Shown here in pieces: positions 19,052 through 29,602 of a stretch of DNA of 64,000 bases (positions are counted from its first letter, which is position 1; each line of letters begins with the position of its first letter). The notes under the pieces were generated by a model. The model was not told the DNA's origin. It searched no databases and was given only the letters and a program-made list of their open reading frames with translations. The stretch spans positions 39,834-103,833 of the forward strand of contig JAQTMG010000003.1 of NCBI GenBank assembly GCA_028714455.1, read 5' to 3'. This DNA comes from Patescibacteria group bacterium (GTDB taxonomy: Bacteria; Patescibacteriota; Patescibacteriia; CAIXNZ01). A program made the translations under genes and the position numbers.

Positions 19052-20281
19052 TTATTTAATCGGCGACATCTTGCGCAAACGGGAAATAATGACGGGCAAA
19101 ACCTCAATTACTTTATCGATTTCTTTTTTGGTCGTAAACTTGCCCAAAGAGAAACGCAGCGAAGCATGGCAAACTTCCGGCGACAAACCCAGCGCCAATA
19201 GAACATGCGAGGGCGCCAGGGAGCCAGAGGCACAGGCAGAGCCCGTGGAAGCCGCGATGCCTTCCAGATCCAGCATCAGCAGCATACTCTCGCCTTCTGC
19301 GTTTTTAAAACTCAAATTAGCGTTGGCCGGCACCCTTTTCGCCATGTCGCCGTTAACGATAGTCTCGGGAATTTTTTTAAGCAAATTTTCAACCAAATAA
19401 TCTCTTAGCTCGCCGATTTGTTTATTAATCTTTTCATTTTCTTTTTTATCGTTGATCATTTCTACGGCTGCGCCCAAACCAACAATCTGCGCCACATTAT
19501 AAGTGCCTGGTCTAATATTATATTCTTGATGGCCGCCAAAAGTAACCGCGCGTAGTGGCGTTCCTTCTTTTATGTAAATCGCCCCAACGCCCTTGGGCCC
19601 ATAAATTTTATGGCCTGAAATTGTAATTAAATCAACGTTTAAATTCTGCACCTTCATATCGCAATAGTGGGCGGCTTGCACGGCATCGGTGTGAAAATAA
19701 ACCTTATCAAAATTTCCAAATTTAGAATTTTTCTTGGCGCGTTCCTCATTTATCTTTTTGATGGCTACTCCGATTTCTTTAATGGGCTGAATCGTGCCGA
19801 TCTCATTATTCACGTACATTATGGAAACCAAAATTGTATTCTCTTTAATAGCTTTAACAACCTCATCAACCTCAACTAACCCCATTTTATCAACCCCAAT
19901 AACAGTCAGTTCTGCTAATCCTTCTTTTTCTAATTCTCTGCACGGTTCCAAAACAGCCGGATGTTCAATGGCCGAAGTTATAATGTGAAATTTTTTGTTC
20001 CAGTTTTCTTTTTTGGCGTAACGAAAAGCCATCAAAAGACCGCGCAAAATCAGATTATTACTTTCTGTGGCGCCAGAAGAAAAAATAACCTCTTTAAATT
20101 TACAGCCAAAGAGTTTGGCGACTTCTTCACGCGCCCAGTCAACGCCCTTCATGGCCTCCTGACCGAAACTATGCTGCGATGAAGCGTTGCCAAAAACATC
20201 TTTATAATACGGCAACATCTTTTTCAACACGATTGGGTCAACCGGTGTTGTGGCGTTATGATCTAAATATATTTTTTGCAT
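19052..20281 (-). CDS. iscS: Cysteine desulfurase IscS/NifS
   Basis: YLDHNATTP, SGATESNN, HTDAVQ, SGHKIYGPKG, STGSACAS. Confidence 0.93.
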   Translation of the reverse strand: MQKIYLDHNATTPVDPIVLKKMLPYYKDVFGNASSQHSFGQEAMKGVDWAREEVAKLFGCKFKEVIFSSGATESNNLILRGLLMAFRYAKKENWNKKFHIITSAIEHPAVLEPCRELEKEGLAELTVIGVDKMGLVEVDEVVKAIKENTILVSIMYVNNEIGTIQPIKEIGVAIKKINEERAKKNSKFGNFDKVYFHTDAVQAAHYCDMKVQNLNVDLITISGHKIYGPKGVGAIYIKEGTPLRAVTFGGHQEYNIRPGTYNVAQIVGLGAAVEMINDKKENEKINKQIGELRDYLVENLLKKIPETIVNGDMAKRVPANANLSFKNAEGESMLLMLDLEGIAASTGSACASGSLAPSHVLLALGLSPEVCHASLRFSLGKFTTKKEIDKVIEVLPVIISRLRKMSPIK

Positions 20282-20325
20282 AATATTACGGCTTAGAGCT
20301 CAAAGCCCAGAGCTTTTATAAAAAA

Positions 20326-20556
20326 TTAAACAGCGACAACTTCTTTAATTCCTTTAATTTTTTTCTTCAATTCCGCTTCAATGCCTGCCTTTAAGGTTAA
20401 TTGAGACATCGGACAATGAGCGCAGGCGCCAACTAATTTAACTTTAACAACTCCAGTTTTTTCATCCATATCAACAAGCTGCACATCGCCGCCATCAACC
20501 TGCAAAGATGGCCTTAATTTTTCGATTATTTTTTCTACTTCTTTTTTCATAATCAA
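20326..20556 (-). CDS. NifU C-terminal (Nfu) domain protein
   Basis: RPSLQVDGGDV...GACAHCP. Confidence 0.88.
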   Translation of the reverse strand: MIMKKEVEKIIEKLRPSLQVDGGDVQLVDMDEKTGVVKVKLVGACAHCPMSQLTLKAGIEAELKKKIKGIKEVVAV

Positions 20557-20593
20557 ATTTTAATTCTAAATTCTCTATTCTCTGTTCTAAATT

Positions 20594-21022
20594 CTAACAA
20601 TGTTCTCCCTCCACTTCTTTTTCTTCCTCTGTCTTTTCGATTGTTTCACCGCGATATTGAGCAATAGCTTTTTTTAAACCCTCGGTAGCCAAAATTGAAC
20701 AATGGATCTTCTCTTTGGGAAGTCCGCCTAATTTTTCGGCAATCTGTTCGCGCGTGATTTTTAAAGCGTCTTTCAGCTTTATGCCTTTGACCATTTCGGT
20801 CAGCATAGAAGTTGAGGCAATGGCCGCGGCGCAACCGAGTGTCTGGAACTTAACATCTTTAATATAATCATCGCCGTCTTTGTCTTTTTCTACCTTTATG
20901 TAGATTTTCATCATATCACCGCAAACGGGATTGCCGACTTCGCCCACCCCGCTCGCATCTTGCATTTCACCCTGATTTTTAGGATGTTTAAAATGCGCCA
21001 TTAAAATATCAGAATAATTCAT
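20594..21022 (-). CDS. iscU: Fe-S scaffold IscU/NifU-N
   Basis: GNPVCGD, FQTLGCAAAIAS, KIHCS. Confidence 0.9.
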   Translation of the reverse strand: MNYSDILMAHFKHPKNQGEMQDASGVGEVGNPVCGDMMKIYIKVEKDKDGDDYIKDVKFQTLGCAAAIASTSMLTEMVKGIKLKDALKITREQIAEKLGGLPKEKIHCSILATEGLKKAIAQYRGETIEKTEEEKEVEGEHC

Positions 21023-21192
21023 AATTTAGTAATTGGTTATTAGTTATTGGTTAATTGATTATTATTATAGTAAATTTAAAGAAATATTTCAAATGCTCAA
21101 TTCTATTGACATAGCCCAAAATCTTTGCTAATATACCCTATATCCTAATTTTGATTTCAGAATTCGTAATTCATAATTCATAATTCGAGTTT

Positions 21193-21477
21193 ATGTCACA
21201 TAAAAAAGCAGGTGGCTCCACAGCGTTAGGACGCGATTCACAAGCCAAACGCTTAGGCGTGAAATGTTATGACGGCGAGGTTGTTCGAGCTGGTAATATT
21301 TTAGTGCGCCAGCGCGGTTTTGAGGTCCGACCTGGCCAAAATGTTCAAAGCGGCAAAGACCATACTCTGTTTTCAGTCGTTAATGGCATTGTCAAATTCT
21401 CGCAAAAGAAAATCAAAAAATTCAACGGCGACCTCATTAAAACAAAGTTTGTGCAGGTTTTACCGGAAAAAAAATAA
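21193..21477 (+). CDS. rpmA: 50S ribosomal protein L27
   Basis: [10 protein letters not shown]...[12 protein letters not shown]. Confidence 0.97.
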   Translation: MSHKKAGGSTALGRDSQAKRLGVKCYDGEVVRAGNILVRQRGFEVRPGQNVQSGKDHTLFSVVNGIVKFSQKKIKKFNGDLIKTKFVQVLPEKK

Positions 21478-21537
21478 AACCACTACTACAAAAACAAAAA
21501 AACTCCGCTTGCTTAGGCGGATTTTTTGTTTGTCTTT

Positions 21538-22224
21538 TTATTTAATGGCAAAAATAAAACCCAAATTATCGGCGAATTTTGATTTTGTAGTTTTAATCTT
21601 AAAATTATTCTGTTTTAAAATATTTTCCAGTTCTTCATGCTTAAAATTTAAAAAATCATGATATTCCAAAATAACCGAATTAATTTTGTCCCAATCGGCT
21701 TGTTTCAAACTATTTAAAACTTCAAATTCAGCGCCCTCGATATCCATTTTTAATAAATCAATTTGATTAACATTATACTTATCACAAATATCGCCAAGAG
21801 TTAAACCTTGAACCTTAACTTTGCGCGCGATTTTTTTGACTAAGTTTTTGTTCAAGCTATGGTCGTGAAAATCTTTGGACACAAAAAAATCGCGTACGCT
21901 GTGCGTGCCAGCCAGCGCTGACGAGACAACATCAACATCCTTAATATTATTTTGCGAAAAATTATTTTCCAGCGCCGCCAAATTTTCCTCATCCGGTTCA
22001 ATCGCAATAATTTTAACTTCTGGGTTTAAAGCTCGCGCGTAAAGACAAAAAAAGCCGGCTTGGCTACCGGCATCAATAATATAATTTTTCGCGCTTCTAA
22101 TTTTTTCTTCAGCAGCTTTGTATTCTCCCAATTTAAAAATTTCTTTAAAAACACTTTTGTCAGCCTGGCTGCGCAAAGTTAAAATTAATTCCCTGCCGCT
22201 TAAAACAATTCTCTCCTCTTTCAT
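21538..22224 (-). CDS. FkbM family methyltransferase
   Basis: IIDAGSQAG, AIEPD, LLKMDIEGAE. Confidence 0.85.
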   Translation of the reverse strand: MKEERIVLSGRELILTLRSQADKSVFKEIFKLGEYKAAEEKIRSAKNYIIDAGSQAGFFCLYARALNPEVKIIAIEPDEENLAALENNFSQNNIKDVDVVSSALAGTHSVRDFFVSKDFHDHSLNKNLVKKIARKVKVQGLTLGDICDKYNVNQIDLLKMDIEGAEFEVLNSLKQADWDKINSVILEYHDFLNFKHEELENILKQNNFKIKTTKSKFADNLGFIFAIK

Positions 22225-22246
22225 AACTTCAAAAAATTTATATTGT

Positions 22247-22930
22247 TTATTCTTCCGAAATTTTGTCAGCCATCTTTTTTATAAAATCTTCAATTACTTC
22301 TGAATCTACTTTTTCGCCAGTTCGCCAAACGCCTTGCTCTAGCAAAAACTCTTTTATCAAGGGATTCGCTTTAATATCCTTAGCGAATTTTACTCCAAAT
22401 TTTTTTGATGTGACATCGCCCTTTTCTATAAATTTTTCCATGATCTCGTTGCTCTGCGATATTACTTCACGGACATATTGATAATAGTCAATAAAATTCT
22501 TAAACTTTGTTAACTTGCCAGCATCTTTAAATTTCTTGAATTTTTCTTCCAAATATTTGAGGATCTTGGGGTCATATTTTTCAAGTCTTTTTAGGCCTCT
22601 TTGCCAAGCAGAATTTTCTTCAGCCAATCGGTCGTTATCATTTTCTACTTCTTTCTCTCTTAGATGACCCAGTTCATGGATAATCACGACAAAACTTAAT
22701 AACACATCACCTCCCGCTGGATATCCTATCTTAAACTCTTTTTTATCATAATCGGTTCTACCATAACCCTGCAATTCAATGGGTATTTCAACTCCTTCTT
22801 CGGCTAAACCCGCAAAAACTTGTTCATTTCTTTTTCTCAATTCCGAATTTTCATCTAAGGCAACTATATTCTCTGGCTTTGGGAAATATTTTTTCTTTTG
22901 CTCTTTTTTTTCACCAAATCGTTCAGCCAT
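22247..22930 (-). CDS. Hypothetical protein with HExxH motif
   Basis: IIHELGH...EENSAW. Confidence 0.6.
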   Translation of the reverse strand: MAERFGEKKEQKKKYFPKPENIVALDENSELRKRNEQVFAGLAEEGVEIPIELQGYGRTDYDKKEFKIGYPAGGDVLLSFVVIIHELGHLREKEVENDNDRLAEENSAWQRGLKRLEKYDPKILKYLEEKFKKFKDAGKLTKFKNFIDYYQYVREVISQSNEIMEKFIEKGDVTSKKFGVKFAKDIKANPLIKEFLLEQGVWRTGEKVDSEVIEDFIKKMADKISEE

Positions 22931-22969
22931 AATTTATTTTTAAAATTTTTAAATAATAAATTATTAAAA

Positions 22970-24589
22970 TTAGCTAATCGCCGCTTTAATAAATTCCCGA
23001 AAAAGCGGATGTGGTTTTAGCGGCCTGGATTTGAATTCCGGATGGAATTGCGAGCCCACAAAAAATTTGTGACCGACAACCTCAATTATTTCCACCAATT
23101 TGTTATCTGGCGAAGTCCCGGCGATTCTTAAACCCTTTTCGGTTAAAATTTTTCTGTATTCATTATTAAATTCGTAACGGTGTCTGTGGCGCTCGCTGAT
23201 TCTTTTCTGTCCGTAAGCTTTTAAACTAATGGAATCTTTGGCCAAAACGCAAGGATAAGCGCCCAAACGCATAGTGCCACCCATCTTCTTTTCTTCAATT
23301 TTTTTGGCCTGGTCGGCCATAATATGAATTACCGGAAAGGGTGTGCTTTTATTGATTTCCGTGGTGTTGGCATTTTTTAATTTGGCGACGTTGCGGGCAA
23401 ATTCAATTGTGGCCAGTTGCATGCCGTAACAAAGACCCAGATACGGAATATTATTCTCTCGGCAATATTGAATAGCTAAAATCTTGCCTTCAACTCCCCT
23501 ACTGCCAAAACCGCCGGGCACGATAATGCCATCATATTTTTTTAATTCAGCCAGTTTGTCTTCGTCTTTTTCAAATTCTTCGGAATTAATCCAGCAAAGT
23601 ACTGGCCTTTTTTTATAAAACCAGGCAGCGTGCTTGATCGCCTCGATAACCGAGATGTAAGAATCAGCCAGCGTAAAATTACCAGTTGAAAAATACTTAC
23701 CCACGATGCCGATGTGAACTTCGTTCTTGGCTGTTTTGGCGATGCGAACCAACTTCTTCCAATCAGTCAGGTCTTTTTTTCTGCCCTTGAGTTTAAATTT
23801 CTCAAGAATTTTTTCCGCGAATTTTTCTTTTTCAAAATTCAAGGGAACCTCATAAATCACTTCGACGTCCGGCGCCGAGATTGCGTTACCCTTGGCGATG
23901 TTGCAAAAAGTCGCCAGTTTTTCTTTTCTGACTTCATCAAGCGGCACTTCAGCTCGGCATAAAATAAAGTCTGGAAAAATTCCAGCCGAGTTTAATGTGC
24001 GAACCGCCGTCTGGGTAGGCTTGGTCTTCATTTCGCCGATCTTGGAAGGAATCGGCAAATAGCTGACCATGACAAAAACCACGTCAGCGGGAAATTCCGT
24101 CCTTAACATTCTGGCGGCTTCTAAAAACAAAATATTCTGATATTCACCGACTGTACCGCCGATTTCAATTATCGTGAAATCTGCCTTGGCTTTTTTGGCC
24201 GCGGTTTTTATGCGGTTAATAACTTCTTCGGGAACATGAGGCACCACCTCGACACATTTGCCGCCATATTCCAAATTCCTCTCTCTCTGGATGACGCTTA
24301 AATAGACGCGACCGGTGGTCATGTAATTCGTTGAGAGAATATCTTGATCAAGAAATCTTTCGTAATTGCCGATATCCTGATCTGTCTCGTCGCCATCGTC
24401 GGTCACAAAAACTTCGCCATGTTCGGTCGGGTTCATGGTGCCGGCATCAACGTTAATGTATGGGTCAATCTTAATAGCCGTTACTTTATAACCCTTGGTT
24501 TGTAGAATCTTGCCGATCGAGGCGCAAGCGACTCCTTTACCCACGCCAGACATCACGCCGCCGGCCACAAATATATATTTATGTGTCAT
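22970..24589 (-). CDS. pyrG: CTP synthase
   Basis: GGVMSGVGKG, DPYINVDAGTM, GLCYGMQ, ERHRHRYE, QFHPE. Confidence 0.97.
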   Translation of the reverse strand: MTHKYIFVAGGVMSGVGKGVACASIGKILQTKGYKVTAIKIDPYINVDAGTMNPTEHGEVFVTDDGDETDQDIGNYERFLDQDILSTNYMTTGRVYLSVIQRERNLEYGGKCVEVVPHVPEEVINRIKTAAKKAKADFTIIEIGGTVGEYQNILFLEAARMLRTEFPADVVFVMVSYLPIPSKIGEMKTKPTQTAVRTLNSAGIFPDFILCRAEVPLDEVRKEKLATFCNIAKGNAISAPDVEVIYEVPLNFEKEKFAEKILEKFKLKGRKKDLTDWKKLVRIAKTAKNEVHIGIVGKYFSTGNFTLADSYISVIEAIKHAAWFYKKRPVLCWINSEEFEKDEDKLAELKKYDGIIVPGGFGSRGVEGKILAIQYCRENNIPYLGLCYGMQLATIEFARNVAKLKNANTTEINKSTPFPVIHIMADQAKKIEEKKMGGTMRLGAYPCVLAKDSISLKAYGQKRISERHRHRYEFNNEYRKILTEKGLRIAGTSPDNKLVEIIEVVGHKFFVGSQFHPEFKSRPLKPHPLFREFIKAAIS

Positions 24590-24662
24590 ATTGATTGAAT
24601 AAGAAATACGAAATAAAAAATACGATTTGTTTATTTCCTATTTCCGATTTCCTATTTCTTAA

Positions 24663-25109
24663 TTATTCCTCTCTAGCGACAGTTAGTCCCAGCTTGGCAC
24701 TGACGCCGCCGCCAAAGTCCAGGGCGACTTCATGGTAACCCAAACTCTTGATCGGCTCTTCAAGCTTTATATATTTAGGCTCAATTTCAAAATTTCTCTC
24801 TTTCAGCTCTTGTGCGATCTTTGACGCGCTCACAGAACCAAAAAGCTTTTTCTTGTCATCGGCCTTGGCTTTTATAATCAACTTGAAATTATTTAATTTT
24901 CTGGCCATCTCTTTAAATTTCAAAGATTGCTTCTGCGCGGCTTTTTCTCTCTGTATTCTGTCGTTTTCCAATTCTTTCACTGTCTTTTTAGTAGCCAGTT
25001 TGGCCAGATTATTGGGCAACAAAAAATTGCGCGCGTAACCTTCCTTAACTTCTTTGGTCTCCCCCATTTTGCCCAGGCCATTGACATTTTTTATTAATAT
25101 AACTTTCAT
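24663..25109 (-). CDS. rplI: 50S ribosomal protein L9
   Basis: MKVILIKNVNGLG...VKEGYARNFLLP...LFGSV. Confidence 0.95.
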   Translation of the reverse strand: MKVILIKNVNGLGKMGETKEVKEGYARNFLLPNNLAKLATKKTVKELENDRIQREKAAQKQSLKFKEMARKLNNFKLIIKAKADDKKKLFGSVSASKIAQELKERNFEIEPKYIKLEEPIKSLGYHEVALDFGGGVSAKLGLTVAREE

Positions 25110-25129
25110 ATGTATTGATTTTAATACAA

Positions 25130-25513
25130 CTACTCTTTTTTGCCAAATAATCTGCCCCAAAAGCCGCCATTTTCTTCTTCAGCCTCCGCAGCTTTGGCAG
25201 AGGAAGCTTCTTTGTCCTCACCTAAAATTTGAGTATAAATTCTTTGAGCCTCTTGTCTGATAACGTCAGAATCATAATCGCCGCTGTGAGCCGTATAGCC
25301 TTCATAAGAAGCCTTTTTCTGGTCAAGGTGCAAATTCAAAACCAACGGATTCTCCGAATTTACGTACAAATGGAATCTCGGATAAAAATCATTGCGTAGC
25401 CTTCTCACGTAACTAACCTGGCCGGTTTTGCCATCTCTAATCTGCCCATAACCGCAACGTCGGACGAGCAGGTCAGCCGAGACAGAAAGCTTTTGGTTAA
25501 AATCTATTTTCAT
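25130..25513 (-). CDS. Hypothetical protein
   Basis: YVRRL...YPRFHLY...LHLDQK...HSGDYD. Confidence 0.65.
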   Translation of the reverse strand: MKIDFNQKLSVSADLLVRRCGYGQIRDGKTGQVSYVRRLRNDFYPRFHLYVNSENPLVLNLHLDQKKASYEGYTAHSGDYDSDVIRQEAQRIYTQILGEDKEASSAKAAEAEEENGGFWGRLFGKKE

Positions 25514-25560
25514 AAAATAGCAAATCGTAAACTCTCGGCTTTTTACCGAGAGTTTTTGTT

Positions 25561-26817
25561 TTATTTATTTGCGTTCTTGCTGGTAAGAATTTGTACCGCC
25601 TTATCAAGCTGCGGATCTTTATTCTCGTTAAAATCCTGATCGGTTAATTTTATCTGAATATCCGGCTCGATCCCCTGCCCGTCAATCGTGTTTTCATTGG
25701 GCGTTAGCCAGAGAGCGATTGTCAACTTGATTGAAGAACCGTCATCCAGCGGAAACAAAGTCTGCACCGAACCCTTGCCAAATGTCTTTTCTCCGACCAG
25801 TGTCGCCAGTTTATAATCCTTAAGAGCGCCGGCAACTATCTCGGAGCCTGAAGCGCTGCCGCCGTTTATCAAAACAACCGTCGGAAAATCTTTAAAAAGA
25901 GCTTTCCCATTTGCGTCATTGGCTTTGAGTTTGCCGTCCGCTGACTTTTCATAAACTACGACTCCCTTATCAACCCATTCACTAGTTACGTCAACGGCCG
26001 TGTCCAAAAAACCGCCAGGGTTGTTTCTCAAATCCAAGACAATCCCCTTGGGATTTTTCGCAATTATTTGATTAACGATCTTGCTAAATTCGGCTGACGT
26101 GTCTTCGTTAAAATATCGCAGATCGATTTGGGCGATGTCGTTGTCCAACATTTTCCAAGTTACGCTCTGGATCTTAATGGTTTGTCTGGTGAGTTTTATT
26201 TCTTTTGGTTTATCCCAGCCCTCGCGATTAATTGTCAAAACGACGTCCGTTCCCCTTTGACCGCGAATTTTATTAACGGCATAATCCAGACTCATGGCTG
26301 TCGTATCCTCGCCGTCGATGGCCAAAATTTTATCGCCTGACTTGAGCCCCGCTTTTTCCGCCGGGGAGCCCGGTAACGAGGCAATAATCGTGATCACGTT
26401 ATTTTTTATGGCTACCTCGGCGCCGATGCCGTCAAAATTTCCCTTTAATTCGTTGGTGAATTTTTGGGTTGTCTCGGGGTCGAAAAAAACAGAGTGCGGA
26501 TCGCCCAGTGAGGCAACACTCCCGGCCATCGCCCCGTAAAGCAATTCTGTCTCGGAAACCGGCTGATGAACGTAATTTTTTTTGATTATGTCCCAGGTCT
26601 GCCAGAACAGATCGAAATTCGCGTTTTTAGATAAAAAGCCGGACCTCATGTTCTGGTTCGTAACCGATCCGCTGACAAAGTTTTGGTTGGTGGAAACGCC
26701 GCTCTGCCTGCCTAAAAAAATGCCGCCCAAAAAAACAAATAGAATCAATAAAATGACTAAGTAATAATTGATGAATTTTTTGAAAAAAATATTCTCTCTC
26801 ATCTTATCCCAAATCAT
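25561..26817 (-). CDS. ctpA: C-terminal processing protease (S41A, PDZ)
   Basis: LGDPHS, GIGAEV, LDLRNNPGG, SASGSEIVAG, TFGKGSVQ. Confidence 0.9.
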   Translation of the reverse strand: MIWDKMRENIFFKKFINYYLVILLILFVFLGGIFLGRQSGVSTNQNFVSGSVTNQNMRSGFLSKNANFDLFWQTWDIIKKNYVHQPVSETELLYGAMAGSVASLGDPHSVFFDPETTQKFTNELKGNFDGIGAEVAIKNNVITIIASLPGSPAEKAGLKSGDKILAIDGEDTTAMSLDYAVNKIRGQRGTDVVLTINREGWDKPKEIKLTRQTIKIQSVTWKMLDNDIAQIDLRYFNEDTSAEFSKIVNQIIAKNPKGIVLDLRNNPGGFLDTAVDVTSEWVDKGVVVYEKSADGKLKANDANGKALFKDFPTVVLINGGSASGSEIVAGALKDYKLATLVGEKTFGKGSVQTLFPLDDGSSIKLTIALWLTPNENTIDGQGIEPDIQIKLTDQDFNENKDPQLDKAVQILTSKNANK

Positions 26818-26931
26818 AATATAATATTAATAATAACGTTATTACCATTATACCAGATTTTACTCTATGTTCAAGGTTGCCCCTTGAAAAAAATGCTAAA
26901 ATTTTCTATAATGAGTTTAACAAATAAACCT

Positions 26932-28182
26932 ATGGAACAATATATCATCAACGGCAATAAAGTACTCGGTGGCGAAATAGCTGTAGCCGGAGCCAAAAAC
27001 CAGGCGCTTAAAGTGCTGCCGGCCGCTATTTTATGTCAAAATCCTTGTCTGCTGAAAAACGTGCCGGAAATCGAAGATGTCGAGAGAATGATCGAACTTT
27101 TAACGGATTTGGGCGCCCAAATCACGCGCAAGGGCAAGGGCGAATATGAAATCTCCACTAAGGAAATAAATAAGACAAAATTAAAGCCAGAGCTGGTAAA
27201 AAAGCTCCGCGCCTCAATTATGGTCGCTGGACCGATGCTGGCGCGCTTTGGCGAAGTCACACTCGCTCATCCGGGCGGCTGCATTATTGGACAACGTCCG
27301 ATTGATTTATTTATCGAGGGATTTCAAAAATTAGGAGCGCAGATGTCAGAAGACGGCGATATCTTTACTCTGCGGGCCGAAAAACTAAGAGGCGCTGAAA
27401 TAATTTTGCCTCGCGTCTCTGTCACGGTCACGGAAAATTTGATGATGGCCGCCACTTTAGCCGAAGGGACAACACATATCAAAAATGCCGCCATGGAGCC
27501 AGAGATAGTGGCGCTGGCCGAATTTTTAAATCAGCAGGGTTCAAAAATTAAAGGTGCTGGCACGCCGGAGATTCTCATCGAGGGCGTTAAAGAATTAAAA
27601 GGCGGCGAAGTAAAAATTATTCCGGATCGCATCGAGTGCGGTACTTTTATCATGCTCGGCCTTATCACCAACGGCCAGATAAAAATCACTAACTGTGAGC
27701 CGAAACACATTGAAAATCTTCTCTACTCCCTGGATAAAGCCGGAGCTAAATTAGAAATCGGTCAGGATTATATCGTAACTCATCCTTCTAACCTGAAAGG
27801 CGTAGATATTGTCACTCACGAATATCCTGGCTTCCCCACGGATTTACAGGCACCTTTTACAGTGCTCATGACTCAAGTTAAAGGAACTAGTCTGATTCAT
27901 GAAACGATTTTTCCAGGCCGTTTATTTTACACGGACATACTAAATCAAATGGGCGCCAATATCATTATGTGCGACCCGCATCGCGTGGTGGTCACGGGCC
28001 CGACCAAATTATACGCCAAAAAATTAGTCAGCCCGGACTTGAGAGCCGGCATGGCTCTAATTTTGGCGGCTTTAGTCGCTGAAGGCAGTTCCATTATTGA
28101 AAATATCTATCAGATTAATCGCGGCTATGAAAATATCGTGGCGCGGCTGCAGAAAATCGGCGCCGACATCAAGCAAGTCTAA
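26932..28182 (+). CDS. murA: UDP-GlcNAc enolpyruvyl transferase
   Basis: GAKN, RASI, PGGCIIGQRPID, PDRIE, PGFPTDLQ, DLRAG. Confidence 0.95.
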   Translation: MEQYIINGNKVLGGEIAVAGAKNQALKVLPAAILCQNPCLLKNVPEIEDVERMIELLTDLGAQITRKGKGEYEISTKEINKTKLKPELVKKLRASIMVAGPMLARFGEVTLAHPGGCIIGQRPIDLFIEGFQKLGAQMSEDGDIFTLRAEKLRGAEIILPRVSVTVTENLMMAATLAEGTTHIKNAAMEPEIVALAEFLNQQGSKIKGAGTPEILIEGVKELKGGEVKIIPDRIECGTFIMLGLITNGQIKITNCEPKHIENLLYSLDKAGAKLEIGQDYIVTHPSNLKGVDIVTHEYPGFPTDLQAPFTVLMTQVKGTSLIHETIFPGRLFYTDILNQMGANIIMCDPHRVVVTGPTKLYAKKLVSPDLRAGMALILAALVAEGSSIIENIYQINRGYENIVARLQKIGADIKQV

Positions 28183-28188
28183 AAAAAT

Positions 28189-29565
28189 ATGACTCTAAAA
28201 ACCAGAAGAATAATCATGTTTGTTTTTATCGGGGCTTTTTTTATAATAGCTCCGATTTTGGTTTTTTATGCCTCGGGTTATCGTTTTGATTTCAAAAGAG
28301 AGAGGGTGATCAAAACCGGCACTCTGATGCTTCAGGCCAATGATGTCAAGGCCAATCTTTATATAAACAATGAATTGTATGAGACGCAATTTAACGACAA
28401 AATTTTTGTGTATAACCTGCTGCCTGGCGATTATGACATTCGGCTGGAAAAAAACGGATATTATTCCTGGGAGAAAAAATTGAGCGTCTACAGCAACACC
28501 ACGACTTTTGCCCAGAATATCATTCTGTTTAAAAAAGAGGTACCGCTGCAAGTCGTCGACGGCAAGATAATTAATTTTTCCATCACGCCGGATTTTCAAA
28601 AATTAGTCTATCTGCTTGAAGTAAATTCATCTTGGAATTTATATGATTACAACATAGGAACCAGAGAAAACGCGCTTTTGGCCGCTCTTACGCCGGGCAA
28701 GAGCTCTGAATTATCTTTCGCGGCCAGCAACAAAAAAATTCTGCTAAAAGTGGGTAGTCAATATTTTGTTTATGACATCGAGAATCAAAAAAGCGGATCC
28801 GATCTTAAAAGCATTATCAGCTTCGCGCCCCAAAATTTAAAATGGGACCTCCAGAGCGACAACCTCTTATACGCGGAGTATAAAAATTCGATCTACAGCG
28901 TCAACATCTTTGACAAAAAAGTGGAAAAAATCTTTGAAAATAAAGAAAACATTAACTCGGAATTTTATCTGGAGGGCAATGACGTTTTTTACATCCAACA
29001 AGAAAAAGATAGAAACACTCTTTACAAATACAATCTGATTTCAAAAACAACCAAAAGAGTTCTTGACCTGGCCGAATCGAAAAACTATTTATTCACAAAA
29101 AGCAATGGCAGTTACATCGGCCTGATTGACAGAGACCACGCTAAATTTTATTTAATCAAAAAAACCAACGAGGGCCAGGAAATCAGCATAAATTCCGGAG
29201 AACCCATAAAAGAGTTTAACGCCAAGGGAGCACTCTGGGACAGGGACGGCAAGCAGGTCTTACTCTATAATGATTTTGAGATTTACATCTACAACCCATC
29301 AACTGGCGAAGAAAACATTATCAATCGATATGGCGAGGTAGTTCAAAAAGCTCTTTGGTACCCAAACCTCTATTATATTGTCATTCAGTTCGACGACTCC
29401 GTGCAGATTATCGATCTGACACTCACTAACGGCACCCACGCGGTTACCGAAATTTTAGGCGCCGACAAAATATCGAATTTTTATCTTGACGAAAACGGCA
29501 ACACGATATTTTTCGACGGCTCGCTGGGCAAACAAGAAGGCCTCTATAAATTAAAAATAAGATAA
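28189..29565 (+). CDS. Membrane-anchored PEGA-domain/beta-propeller-like protein
   Basis: N-terminal TM; TGTL...LLPGDYDIRLEKNGYYSW; repeated beta-blade-like segments. Confidence 0.65.
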   Translation: MTLKTRRIIMFVFIGAFFIIAPILVFYASGYRFDFKRERVIKTGTLMLQANDVKANLYINNELYETQFNDKIFVYNLLPGDYDIRLEKNGYYSWEKKLSVYSNTTTFAQNIILFKKEVPLQVVDGKIINFSITPDFQKLVYLLEVNSSWNLYDYNIGTRENALLAALTPGKSSELSFAASNKKILLKVGSQYFVYDIENQKSGSDLKSIISFAPQNLKWDLQSDNLLYAEYKNSIYSVNIFDKKVEKIFENKENINSEFYLEGNDVFYIQQEKDRNTLYKYNLISKTTKRVLDLAESKNYLFTKSNGSYIGLIDRDHAKFYLIKKTNEGQEISINSGEPIKEFNAKGALWDRDGKQVLLYNDFEIYIYNPSTGEENIINRYGEVVQKALWYPNLYYIVIQFDDSVQIIDLTLTNGTHAVTEILGADKISNFYLDENGNTIFFDGSLGKQEGLYKLKIR

Positions 29566-29602
29566 CAAAAATACCCCCGCGGAACGGGGGCATTTTTATA
29601 TT